DNA from: Eutreptiella sp. 'Long Island Sound 2002'
Lineage: Eukaryota > Protista > Euglenida
Reading direction: 5' to 3'
DNA: 64,000 nt
Assembly: GCA_964036045.1 (NCBI GenBank)
Contig: OZ038378.1
Location: 134,602,001 to 134,666,000 of the forward strand
The notes beneath the pieces were generated by a model that worked only from the letters and a program-made list of their open reading frames with translations, made no database searches and was not told where the DNA came from. The position numbers and the translations under genes are program-made. Position 1 is the first letter of the stretch. Each line of letters starts with the position of its first letter. Below, in pieces: positions 37,450 through 49,596 of this stretch.

Positions 37450-38000
37450 AGAACGTTGAATATGTCGATCTGCATCAACAAGGCAATCCAAGGCTACATC
37501 GGATGCCGTTTGTAGTGGACAAAACATTGCTACATGAGGTATTGTACATTCATTGCACTCTGGGGGAACGAGTGGCCCCGACTGACATTCAAGCTCTTGG
37601 GTACTTGGGGTTTGCGAGGAGTGGGCAACATGCACGGCAACGTTCGAAATGGACTACGACCAACAATTGTGGGATGCTAGCAAGGTCATCTTCAAAGATT
37701 TCTCGCTTGGTGGCGGGGAAACATTGTTTTTCTTGTGTGCCGATGGCAACGCACAATTACTAATAACCAATTTCAAGAATTGGAAAGCGGAGGCTGCTCA
37801 AGGCTCGGGGTGTTGGGCGTGGAGCCGTAACGAACCGGAGTGCCTACCCAAATTAGACTTGGAATCATCCATTGATGGTTGCTCCGAAACGTTGCTCCCA
37901 ATCGCAGCCATTTATGGACACATGGGAGCCTACCGGCGCGGTCCCAACTACGGGTTACGAGTGGTGCCATATGTCACTATTTGTGGCAGATCTGGCATGA
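37450..38000 (+). pseudogene. Divergent group 2 transposase fragment (D1-D2 region)
   Basis: RLHRMPFVVD..YIHCTL, then after a frameshift LFFLCADGN...KNWKAE...CWAW...RRGPNYGL. Aligns with 59170-59660. Confidence 0.72.
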
Positions 38001-40849
38001 AGGCCGCGGTGGCAACTGCCGGCGCCAAAAACGTGCTTATCGTTGTCCACAGTATTCTTCGAAAATCCTGGATCTTGCCGGTATTCAAAACAAAACCGTA
38101 ACCAGCGGAAGGTTGACCAACGGCAAGGGAAGCGAGAAGGGAAAGGTTGCATTCGACTCTGACGCGATGGGCAATTCATGCGCATGTGGAAGTGGGAGGC
38201 ACTCATTACTAGGCTCTCATTACTAGAGGGTGGAATGAGCAAAAACCAAGTTGGAGGAAAACTATGGGTGGGACGTTTATAGGGGGTGGTCCGTCAGCCT
38301 TGCCAACATGTGGGTGTATGCATGAGAATCCGGCTAGCTATCCAAGGGGGGGGGGGGGCACGAAGGTTACACGAATGTTGTATATGAATGGGTAGAACCC
38401 ACTAACTCGTAGATTCGCCTAAACTATTGTGGTGGCATTTGTGGATCAATTGTATGTATTTTGTCACCCGCAACTGGAGAATCCTTACAAAGCCTTTGTC
38501 CTAGGGTTTCATTGGTGGCAACGTTTCACAAACTTCTGCAAAAATTAACACCTGTCTCTACGGGAAAAAATGATGTTTTTGGAACGCAATAGGCTGCCAT
38601 AGTGGCCCAAAAATTGCCCTATTCTTGGCGTACGATTCGCTTGTCTCTACAGCGAGATTACACGTGCGCATATTTGCATTGTTGGCACGATTTTTGGCGC
38701 AGTTTTCTCGCTAATATTTTTCGTGTATGTTCACATGTTCCATGCAGCGTGCACTAAAGCCATTCCCCACTGCCAAAAAAAACCTACTACTGTTTCCTCA
38801 TGTTCTCTGCCTGCCGCTTACAAATTGCAAAATGTTGTGTAGGACGATTTATATAGTTAAGGTCATTAAGGGCCTCTGGCGGGCCCAGTTGGCTAGCTTC
38901 CGCACAGCTTCATGCTTTGTTGTGGGAGGCATATATCATCCAGTAGAGCACGTTTTGCGCAATAGCGGGGACCTAAACCTCGTGTGTGGCTGCTGGCAGG
39001 TGCAACGTGTGGTCGAGCACCACACAATAGATGGCAGCGTGCAGCGAGAGTGGTCCAACACCACGAAGCGTTATGTGCGCACAAGGGCTTCGCTCTAGGA
39101 CCTACATTCACGCCATTTTCGCTCCCCATTCAGAGATTCAGTTACCGGGCGTTCACAAAGGGTACGGAGCTCCGCACATTCGTGTGGTGAGGACTATCTA
39201 TCCGATTTTCGCTTTCCTATCCTTGCCGCAGCTCAACGTTTGTTGGAAAATCCTGATTTGTTAAAAAACGTAATACGAGTCGGTGATAAACTTATTTCCT
39301 TGCCCCTGTGAAGCCCTTCATTCAAAGGTTGTGGAAGGAGGCACGTTGTGAGACTATGGAAGTGCATAGGGTATTGACATGGCGGGCTTTCTTTCAATTG
39401 CCTAAAGACCGGGGTTTGCTAGTTTGGCAAGTGAATTAATGGTGTGCGTTCGGCCACACATGCGAAGGCCAATCTGCCTTTTTCAAAAAAGGTTACTTCC
39501 CCATTTCACTTCAAAACGTTGTTGGGGGTGTCCTTTGCCACTATAGTGATGCCTAAAATCACTTCTCAGTTAAAACACACAAACATGCAGGCATTGGTTC
39601 GAGAAGTCGTGTCCCCTTGAGGCGGTTGGTGGGGCTTATTTGGTTGGCGTCAACCTGTGTTGTGATTATCTGAGGTGATGTAGGCTAGATCATCTTGAAC
39701 CCCAATAGACAGCATCAAGTCGATTGTACGCTGCGCCACAATGCCTTTTGCGGTGCGTACAACGCTAGGGTGAGAAGATTAGCAACACATGGGCGATGAC
39801 CTCTGTTGACTTTGATGCTTTGTACACACGAGTTCAATACTCACAGGATGCCTTGGGCTACCAACTTTGGGGGCAATCAATTGCTAATCTCGCGATTCAA
39901 TTTGGCAAAAAACGAAAGCATACACGCAAGAACACGAGAATGTAGACAAACAACTTGTCAATGTACCGCATCCCCGCGGAGAAGTGGGAACTGTCACCAG
40001 ATACCGGAAACTGGCGACAGACTTGCTCACTGCGTAATGGGTGGGAACGGCGGGCTGCAAACTCAAATGCAGAAAATTGCACTGTGGCATACACATGCAC
40101 ACCAGAAGCACACACACACATAATCGGTAAAAAGAGGTAAACCATAGCTTAGAAGGTGAGCCAAGATTTAGTAAAAAAAGAAGACACACACGCAAGAACA
40201 CAAAAATACAGACAAACAACTCGGCGGTATGCCGCATCGCCGTGGGGCTTGTTCCTGCTACACTTTTGCACACGTAGACAAAACATCGCCACACCGGTGG
40301 ATGATAAACTCTTGAGCGCCACCTCCCTGCATCCCAACCCCCCTGGATAGCCCTAAAGACCACAAGGCAACCCGACGAAGGAAAGGGTCACCAACAAATA
40401 GGACGGTCAGGCTAGGACTTGGTACAAGCATCAAGTGCACAACAGGTGGGCCACACCGACCTCCAAGGGCCAGGGGCCCTGGACCCATGTCTACGGCACC
40501 ACACAAGTAGGCCCTCCATTGGAGGTGGTGGACGTGATCACCACCCTCGCGCCACGCACCGCCACGAACCATGCCTCTTAGCAAGTGTGCCTCCGTGGCT
40601 CCTGAATTTTCCCACTCCCTGCCGCCGGCACACAGTGACCCGCAACCCCACCGAGGCGCCTGGCGATGTGCGCTGCCGTGCGCGCCAAGATGTTAGACCC
40701 CGCCGCTTCAGTGGCCGCGCCGTGCCGAGTCTGCACACACTGCACGGTGTTTGTGTGATGGTTCAAACGCGGATGCATTCCATAAGGTGGTTGCCCAGTA
40801 ATGCAATAATCTGTCTCAACTACGGTGGCACGCTTTTTGGCAGCCACAC

Positions 40850-42460
40850 CTACATACCAAGGACTATCCCTTGCCAAACACACGATGATCCACACGTATA
40901 GGCGGCAGCCGTTGCCCAGCAACCTCGGCGCACAGAGTGGCATGCAATAGCCTTGCAAAGTAGCTACTCAAGACCGAGGACCGGGAAGCCTTGCGGGGCG
41001 CAACAGCCTCGGCACACGGGACGTGTTTGCGCTTGCAGCGCCTCTTTTTGCCCCTCTTGCAGCGAGGCATCAAACACAACACGTAGAAGTTGAGTAAAAG
41101 CGATGAAACCGGGAAAGGATCTACGGCAAGCACCACTACCACCAAGCCCCTGGGCGTGGAGAAGTGGGCTCCGGACATGATCCCTAGGGGAGCTTCAAGG
41201 CAGCATTGTAAAAACGCTTCATGAAAATCCGCCTCCCCTCGTTTCGCTGTGATCGAAGGCCCGCCTGCCATGCTTGGGTCCGCAAAAACGGTCCCATAGG
41301 CACCCTTACGTCCACACGAAAACCATCTTGCGGTCTAGAAACGCCCGCAAATGCCCTACCCTACTGGTCGCCATCTGACACACCAAAGACAAGTCCCCTC
41401 CAAAATGGTCTGGCAACCTACTGATGATGTCCACCAGGTTAGTTGGGCCCCTCACCAAGTGTCAGTACACACTGAAACCGAGGCATGATGCCCAGGGGTA
41501 CCTAAAGCTCTTTAGCCAGGTTTGTCGATACCTTGGGCCCACCCACACTTTACACCCGAAGAATTGGATTAGCGCCACCGCATTATCCCCAAATAAATGC
41601 GCCTCGTTAAACCGGATATTGAATGTAAAGTTGACACCCCACAAGAGGGCTTTAGCGTCAACGCACTTTTGATTTGGCAGCCGCATCAAAAAGGAATGAC
41701 CGAACGGGACCCCGACGCAAGGGAGAATAGCCCGAAGCCACAAACCCTGCATCGAGAGCTGCATCTACAGATGCATACACAGGCCCCCTATTCGGCTCCC
41801 TCGGCAGCACAACACATTGCAGCCGGCAATGCCAGTACACACACAACGCACATAGAGCACAGGAGCTTGAGGGGAGAAAAGTGGGGAGGGGGAGGGACCC
41901 GAAAGCACACAGGCCTTAGTCCCTGACAAGTGCAGGCAATGCCCCAACGAAGGTCGGCAGATCCATTGCGCGTGCCCCCAAAATTGCTGCTACCTCCGCA
42001 CATTGCAAACGCCCCTCGATAGGCGCACCTAGTGCGCCAACAACATGTACCAGGCTTTCCCCGCTGTCCCCAAGCTACGTCTATTACCAGCTCAAGAGTA
42101 CTCTTGGGGCTGATAGCCGCGCCGGTTGCGCACAACGCGTCCAGCGAACAGCTTGCTTGTGTGCGCACCCGCATCCGCCCCAGCACCACAACCAACACAT
42201 GGTTCAAATCTATGAAAACCAAGACCTCCACCAACGCAACCTCCTCTACTAAGCACTCCAACACCCTTTGGCACAATCTCTGGCTGTAGTTCCAACCGAA
42301 CGCAAGAAACCGAAACGCCAACACTCCACACTCACCAACCGAGATACCAAGCGCACCTCAAAAATCCTCCGGAAGGCGCAGCGACCAAAAAGAGTTACCG
42401 AGGTCAATGTGGCATACACATAGCTCACTGTCCCCTTCCGCACCCAGCGGGTCAACACAT
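40850..42460 (-). pseudogene. Degenerate reverse transcriptase and RNase H, DIRS/Ngaro (tyrosine-recombinase retrotransposon)-like
   Basis: In order on the minus strand: HIDLGNSFWSLRLP (motif A, ~42370-42415), FRFLAFGWNYSQRLCQ (motif B), VLVFIDLNHVLV (decayed YxDD), GAAISPKSTLEL, and RKASRSSVLSSYFARL (RH-like). Multiple frameshifts. No recombinase recognised. Confidence 0.55.
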
Positions 42461-44529
42461 CCCATGCCGGTCACAGACAGTTTGCCCAGCCATAAAACGA
42501 CGGAAGAAAAAAGCACGAGCCTTGTTGCACCACCTGCGCTACAAGGGCCACAACATCCACCGACCGCAGTGAGAACTTTCCTTACCCCCCCAACCGTAGC
42601 CCCATGTCCTACTAACCTTCATTGGCTTTCCAATTGCCTTTCGCTGGTGGTCATGCGGCTCCACGCTTCGCCCACACTCATTGTTGAGTGGGGCACGGCT
42701 AGCGTTGCAAGGCTAGCGCCTCCACTTGAAGAGTAGATGCATGGGACACAATGCTCAATGTGGGTTCTCCGGCTCACCCCGGTTGCATGTTCATACGGTA
42801 CTAGTGTGCCCCGATGCTAGCACGGCACTGTGTGCCTTGAGGAAGTGTGGCAGCCGGTATCCGGGTCTGGGACACCCTACAGTTTGATGATGTATTCTCC
42901 TCAACCGGGAACATGAGTCAACAGGGCCATGTCCTGGGGTTTGCAAGCAAGGAAGGGAAGTACCTACAGAGGTCTCTGTAGGTGGTGACCACACACTACG
43001 TCCAAATCTTGTGGCTCCAGCGTTGTGTGCCTTTTGTCACCTGCCGGCTACACTTGGGTCAATACCCTATCGTTGCGTATTGTTCCCCTTACCGCTGGGG
43101 TCCCCGGGTCCTGATGGGGGGGTTTTTCCTATCTTAAAGACTTTGCAGAGGCGCAGCCTCATCGTCAATGTGATACCCGTGAATAGGGCTATCCGGGCTA
43201 CAGTTGTGTGTGGCTTGTTCAAGGGGGGCCGTTGCCCAGTAACACACACCCACGCACCCGGTCCCTATCCCGGTTCTCGGTGACATCATCCGCATCGTGG
43301 ACCTGGATAAGCCCCACTGGTGGGATCAATTGCAGGGCCTAGAAGTGTGGTAAAGAAAAAAGTGTAGGGTGCGGGGTGTGCCGAAGCGGAGTGAGTAATG
43401 GAAATGCACTTGGGAGGCTTGCGACATCACCACATTGAAATGGTTGAAGGACTCCTCTGATGGCCATGCAAGATCCCCTGCTTGCACAACTCTGTTTCGC
43501 TGCCCAGTAGCAACTAGCTTGGCGTGCCTGTACCACCGCAACTGGCAGCGTCCCCACACAAGAGGCATTGGCGCCCCATGGCAGCCAACTCCAATCCAAC
43601 AGGGATGTTGTGTCTAGACGCCTCATCAACAAAGTTGAAGGCGAATCGAGTTTGTGCCTTCCCTGAAGCAACCCCAATAAGTAACCTATGACGGTTAGCA
43701 ACCATTCCGGTTGTGGCAAACAACACACGGAAGCTGCTAAGACCACACCCTATGGTGCGCTTACGTGCGCCCTAGGGTCTTTTGCACCTTATCCGGGTCA
43801 AATGACTTCAATCCTAGAGCGGCAGCAGCGCGTTGGGCACGTAGGGGCGACCATGGTGCTGGATGGTCCGCGAGCCCCTGCTCACAGGACACCTCTTAGC
43901 AACAACTCTCCCCGTGCACAAGGTGCAGCAAGTTGTCCACTTGTGCATTGGTGGGTGTTGTCATCAAGAGACATGAACGCGGAGGGATATCGCTTTCGCG
44001 ATCCCCCATGGTCCCAGGATCAGAAGGATCTAGCCTCTACATAAGGATGTAGACTAGGTGATAGAGCACGGCGTTGATACAATGCACCGAAATCTGTTAC
44101 TACCCTGTCTGAGCATCTCCAGTTGATGCTATGATGCATGAGTCATCGACTACTTGGCGTACCATCTGTCCAAAAATCAAGATAACATCTGGGAAGGGCT
44201 TTGTATTTAGGGTTCTATAAATTTGAATTTGAATGTACCATTTAATCATGGGCATCAATTAAGGATAATCTTTATATGGGTCCCTTGCTCCGATGAACCA
44301 ACGTGAGCATTCAGGCTAGAATCCAGGAATCTTGGAGCTTTAGACAAACTACGCGGGCCCCCTTTTTAGCTTTGGGAATCAAGCCGATGGTCACTCTCTA
44401 CACTGTGTTTCCTTGCATTTCATTCCTCAACTACTGACTCTTGTGTGCCAGCCCTGGTGTTGGCATGCGGGTCGGCATACCACAAGATATCTTGGCTGTG
44501 CATGCATTGTGCGCCGTGCTCTTCTTTGT

Positions 44530-44820
44530 GTTGTGTGTTTTTTTGCACGAAGGATGGAAAATGATTCCGAAAAGAGCGCCCTCTCTTTGTCGTGTTTTTC
44601 CTTGCAAGAAGCATGGGAAATCATTCAGATCAGACCCCCGTCTCTTGGCTATGTGTTTATTTGCACGAAGTGTGGAAAATGATTCGGAAAATACCGCCCC
44701 CCTCTATCTTTTGTATGTTTATGTTTATTTGCAAGAGGCATTCAAAAAGTACCCCCCTCTCCCTGTGGTGTGTTTATTTGCCGGAAGTATGGAAAATGAG
44801 TTGGAAAAGAGCCCCCGCAC
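44530..44820. repeat. Degenerate ~55-60-bp minisatellite, ~5 units
   Basis: Recurring GTGTTT.TTTGCA.GAAG..TGGAAAATGA.T.GGAAAA...CCC. Confidence 0.7.
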
Positions 44821-47222
44821 CGCAACAGCAATCAAACCACATGTCCTGTGCTTTGAGGAATGAAAAGTTTGTCTGAGAATGTATGTCTTCTTTGTTTGGG
44901 TGCGGCTGCAGTCGCCATGGTTGCCATGACGTTTTTTTGTGGGGCCCAATTTCATTGATATAAATTGCACTCGTCATCGTGCCGACCCTTTAGGCAGCAG
45001 AGCCAGCCTGCAATCTCGGCGGTGACGTTGTGACTATAGGTGGAGTGTAGGTGGAATGTGCCCGGCCCCTTTTCAAATATTGTTTTTGTCAATCAAGGTC
45101 AGAACCACACTGTGCTTAGTTTATAGCATAGGCTTTCTTAGGCTTTGTGGGTAGCCATGGAACTTCGGGTTTTGCACTCACAAGCACTCACACGCTGTCA
45201 AGAAGATTGGACTTTTCTCCCTGCTCGTGGCATGGCGCGCATGCCCATGGCGAAGCTCTTCTTAGCGAACACAAAATAGAGCGTTTTTCAATCTTTCTAT
45301 CCACACAAAATAGGGCCCAAGAAAAGGTCTGTGCAGGGGTTTGTTGCAGAGCAGAAACCCAGCGTCAACAAAGCAGCCCAACAAGGTGCATTGATGAATT
45401 GGATCGTCATTGAAGGAATTGCAAAGAAGATGACAAGCAAATGAAGGCCAATGAGTGGGAATGGCCACACGGCGTAGAGGCAGTAAATCAAATGGGATTC
45501 GTGGACCGTGTAGAAATGTGTGCTATTTGCTGCCTTTCCATTCCTCCATGCCGTTCCTCTCTTTATTGGTGGTTGTGTACAGTAGAGTTGTTTTTGCGTA
45601 ACCACACCCCTCGAGGTGTAGATTTTTGTGCTCCGGCCTCAACCCGGCCGTTGTAGGCCACACAACTCAACCTCTTCCCCCGCTATTAGTTTCATTAGTG
45701 CGTGCCACGCAGCTGGAGGGGTTGGTTCCAGTCCACGCCTTCGTGCACAGCGACCAAAGCTCGTCTCAGCCACTGCGTGCCCCGCGCCGTAGCACTTGGT
45801 ACTCGTGCCGACTCTCGCGCCTGGCCAGAAAATCTCGTCACAGCCACTACGCACCTCCAAGCCGCAGCACTCGGCTCCTGTCCCTGCCCTTGCGCCCGTC
45901 GCCTGAACGTCGTCTCAGCCACCGTGTGGCAGTGAGCATCATCACTCAGTCCTGGTCAAGGCCATGGCGTTGGCATTTTGCAACACAAATGCCCCCAAAA
46001 GGCTCATCAACCCCCCCCCCCCCCCCGGGCCAAGCCCGCATGCATGTTGATTGCAGCGCTGATGAAGCCATCCAAATACGCTTCAAACCAGCGATAGGAC
46101 ATTCCTCATCGCAAACATTATGCGCCCCTGACAACGGCAGTCCGTCCACGTTCCGGCCCTTGCACCGGTTAAGTCGGACACATCGGCGGTTCAGCAACCC
46201 CCATCCCACTGCTGTGTGCCCCCAGGGGGGGGTGGCTTCCGTCCTTGTCCCGGCTCTGGCGCCGGCTCACTGAGTCGCACCACAGGGTGGACAACACTCT
46301 TTTAACACATTGCGTGCCCGTGCGCCGCAGTAGTCCTTGCCCTACCCTGGTGCCGGTTGACTCGCTCGCACCGTAGGGTTGACAACCCTCATCACAAGCA
46401 CGGTGCGCACCTGACCCACACCAATCAATCCACGTTGCAGCGCGAGCGCCGGTTGACTCAGCCCCGGAGCTTCCAAGAGCCCCCACCTTGCGGCCCAGCT
46501 CCACATTGTGCACCCTGGACTATGGGCATGACAACAACCTTGTGTTAGCGTTTCTTGAACATTGGGTTGACCGCTACAAGTTCGTGGCTATGGCATGCGA
46601 GGTGTGCACTGTCCATGAGATGTCTGTTGCCACCCGAAGAACACAAGAGAACGGCACTCTAAGGAGCCTGTGGTTTACGAATGGTGGACCGACCCGGATG
46701 GTGTTGGGAACGGGCCCAGCCAATTGCAGTGGGCCTCACATTTCGAGGTGTGGTGCAACTATGAGCTCAGTGATGGCGACATGGTGCAAGGCTGTCGCAT
46801 GGGTGACAACAAGTCGGACTAGCGGAAACCGGACTTCGAGGCAAAGGTGCATTGTGATGCCATCTCTAGGGACAATGTGTGGATTAGTGCTGCAAATAAG
46901 CCAAGAGGCCCTTTACAAGGCAAGTATTGGTGCATGGTTGTCCCTGGGTCCGATGCCCGTCGCACTTTGCGGAGTGAAATCCAGGAAGTTGCATCATGGC
47001 CCAAATTGCTGGCAAACATGCCGGCAGAACCGAGGGAGCACCCTCCATCGTTAGATCGTGGCCGGTGGATCGTTCAGCACCAGGTACAACGCCACTGCCC
47101 GACCCCTACACAGGCTTTGGCCGTTGGCCGCCCGCAGAAATCGCAGGAAATGGTGCATATTGTGTGCAACATGATGGATCGGTTGATGGAGGAGGCAAGA
47201 CATAGGGACATAGGGCTGTGTA

Positions 47223-49596
47223 CCATTCGTGAACGGGGGTTAAGTGGCCGTCTGAATAATTGCGTGAATTTCACGTGAATTTACCCCAATTTTGAGGTTT
47301 TCGGGGGAAATTGCCATATTTTTGGATCCTTCCGAGGGATTTGAGGGGCCAAAATTCTTTCCCCAGCTTCATTACGCATCATGCAATGAAGGTCCCGCCC
47401 CAAAGGCATCCGTCATGCCCGAACCGTGACCAAAAAACAACGAGACGTGCTAAAACCCGGCAAGCCTGTAGCCGATTCACAAGCGTGAATTCACGTGAAT
47501 TCGTACGAAATTCGCACGAATTTCGTACGAATTTCACGTGAATGTACGTGATTTTACACAAATGTTACTAGTGTGCACGCCCTGATTTGTCCTCACACCC
47601 CTAGTAGGCGCCCCAGCATGCACCGCGGTCACAGGCAACAATGGTCTGGGTTTGTGTGGTGATCTCACGTCCGTCTCTTGCGACACCGGAACCGCCGCTG
47701 TAGAGTCTGAAGGTACTGCATGTCGGTTAGAAGCCGTCTTCTTGTACGGCTTGCATTCGTTTGTACACTTATGGGCCGTTGCCCATGTTGTGCCCTTTTG
47801 GTGGCATCCCACCCATGCAACCAAAGGCTATCGTCAATGGTGTGGTTGTCCACAACCATTTGCACGCCAGGTCTCCCCCGAAGGAGGCTTAGGCCCCCGC
47901 TGTTGCGCAACATGCGCTTCAGCCTCTGGTGACTTCCCTCCATGGCAAAGCAGGAGAATTTTGACAAGATTCTCCACTTCTTTGCAAAACAATACATGTG
48001 GTTGATCCAAAGATGCGTCCACAGAAGTTTGCCCCACTGGAGCTCATTGTGGGCAACGCCCATGGCTATGCTATGGTTCCGGAGCCGCCCCAAGTCGGCC
48101 CCGGAGAACCATGCGGAACGCCACGCGTATGCACACATGCTCGCAAAATTCTCCCACCACCTTTTGCACACCGACTCCCAACTTTTTCCCCCTACTTGAA
48201 GCTGCCTCACACTAGGCTGCCGTAGGCAAGCATCTATTATCTTGTCCCAACCCCTATTCCGCATGAAATGGATGGCAGCAGCACACTCCATGCTCACCTT
48301 CCTCTTGCTGTTTGCCTTGTCATTATTCAATAAGGCACGGGTGCAAGTTCGTGCAGCAAGCCGTGCCTCATCTAGAACCGGTTGCAGCATGGTGCGTGCC
48401 ACAGTGGCCGGTGCCTTCCCTGTCAATTGTACAACTAGAGCCCGTGTCCCGTTGATGCCACACAACCGGACACGAAGGACCCCATGGAGGCCATAATCAG
48501 GCACGCGCCTATCGCTCGTAATGGTCCTATATATAGCACCTATGGCAACAGCCCCTTCCCAGCTGCCGTCTATCGCACTTGCTGTGCCAAGGGTACCATT
48601 GCAAAGAAGTTGTACTGTAGAAGGTGGGGTGGGTGATGTCGGGGATGTGCACCTAGGGGGGGGGATGGTGGGATGGAAAGGGGCGATGCCCAAATCATCC
48701 CACCACCGGGGGTTGGCAAGGTGCCAAGAGAAGGGGGAAAATGAGTGGTCGGCCGGTGCACCCGCAGCAAGATCGTGCAGGCACACCACGTCGCAGTTAG
48801 GGGGGGGTATGGACGAGGTTAGTGGTGGGGTACACCTGGATTTGGGCGTCCTTAGGCTTCGCCACAAGGTTAGTGCGCATGGAATTGAGGAGCTGGTCAA
48901 TGCTGGAAGGGAGAGGGGTTAGATGCAAAAATTTAAGGGAGGGGAGTTGGCGGTGCAGTTCCCTCCACATCGTTGTGGCCCAGCCCCCCCCCCCCTGAGG
49001 TAGGAGTTGCGGGTGGGGCTGCGCATGTGGATGTGAATGACCTCGGGGGAGGGGTCAAGGGATGCTGCCAAGCCCACAACATCATCCACCCCAGTGCCCC
49101 CAACAGGTACGTCGCCTCTTCCAATTGATGGTGGGCGACGGGGAGGGCTTGGTAGTGAGCGAGGGTGTCGGTTGCGGGGTTTGGGCGCGAGGCCATGGGC
49201 GAGCTCGGACATAGTCTGCTGGGACATGATCAAAAGAGAATGCGAAGAGAGTTTGAGAGCTGTGAGAAAGCGAAACAGTGGAAATGAGGGTGAATTCGTA
49301 AGAAATTCGTACGAAATTCGTGCAAATTTCACATTGTCGTGAATCTGTGAATCTAGCGTGCCTTTATGCGTGAATTTGGGTGCGTGAATTTCACATTCAC
49401 GCGAATCTCACCAAATGTGTTGAACCATGCGACTACTTCAAACCTCTAAATTGCACACATTTGTGGGATCTTAGTTTGGGCGAAGATAGCACAACAAAAG
49501 CACACGATGGCACCAAGTTAGGAGCAAAACACAGCAAAAATAGGTGAAATTCACGGTACCGTGAATCTCGGATTCAGACGGCCGGTTCACGAAGGG
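47223..49596 (-). mobile_element. 2.4-kb group 2 TIR transposon, internally deleted
   Basis: Ends CCATTCGTGAAC...GGCCGTCTGAAT and ATTCAGACGGCCGGTTCACGAAGGG. TA on both flanks (47221-47222 and 49597-49598). Inverted homologue of 56972-60870. Confidence 0.85.
47665..48620 (-). pseudogene. C-terminal half of group 2 RAG1/Transib-like transposase (open frame, but lacks D1, D2 and CxxC)
   Basis: PDYGLHGVLR, WTHLWINHM and FSCFAMEGSHQRLKR lie in ORF 47665-48900. Homology to the 59.5-60.4 kb copy starts only near 48620. Confidence 0.8.
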
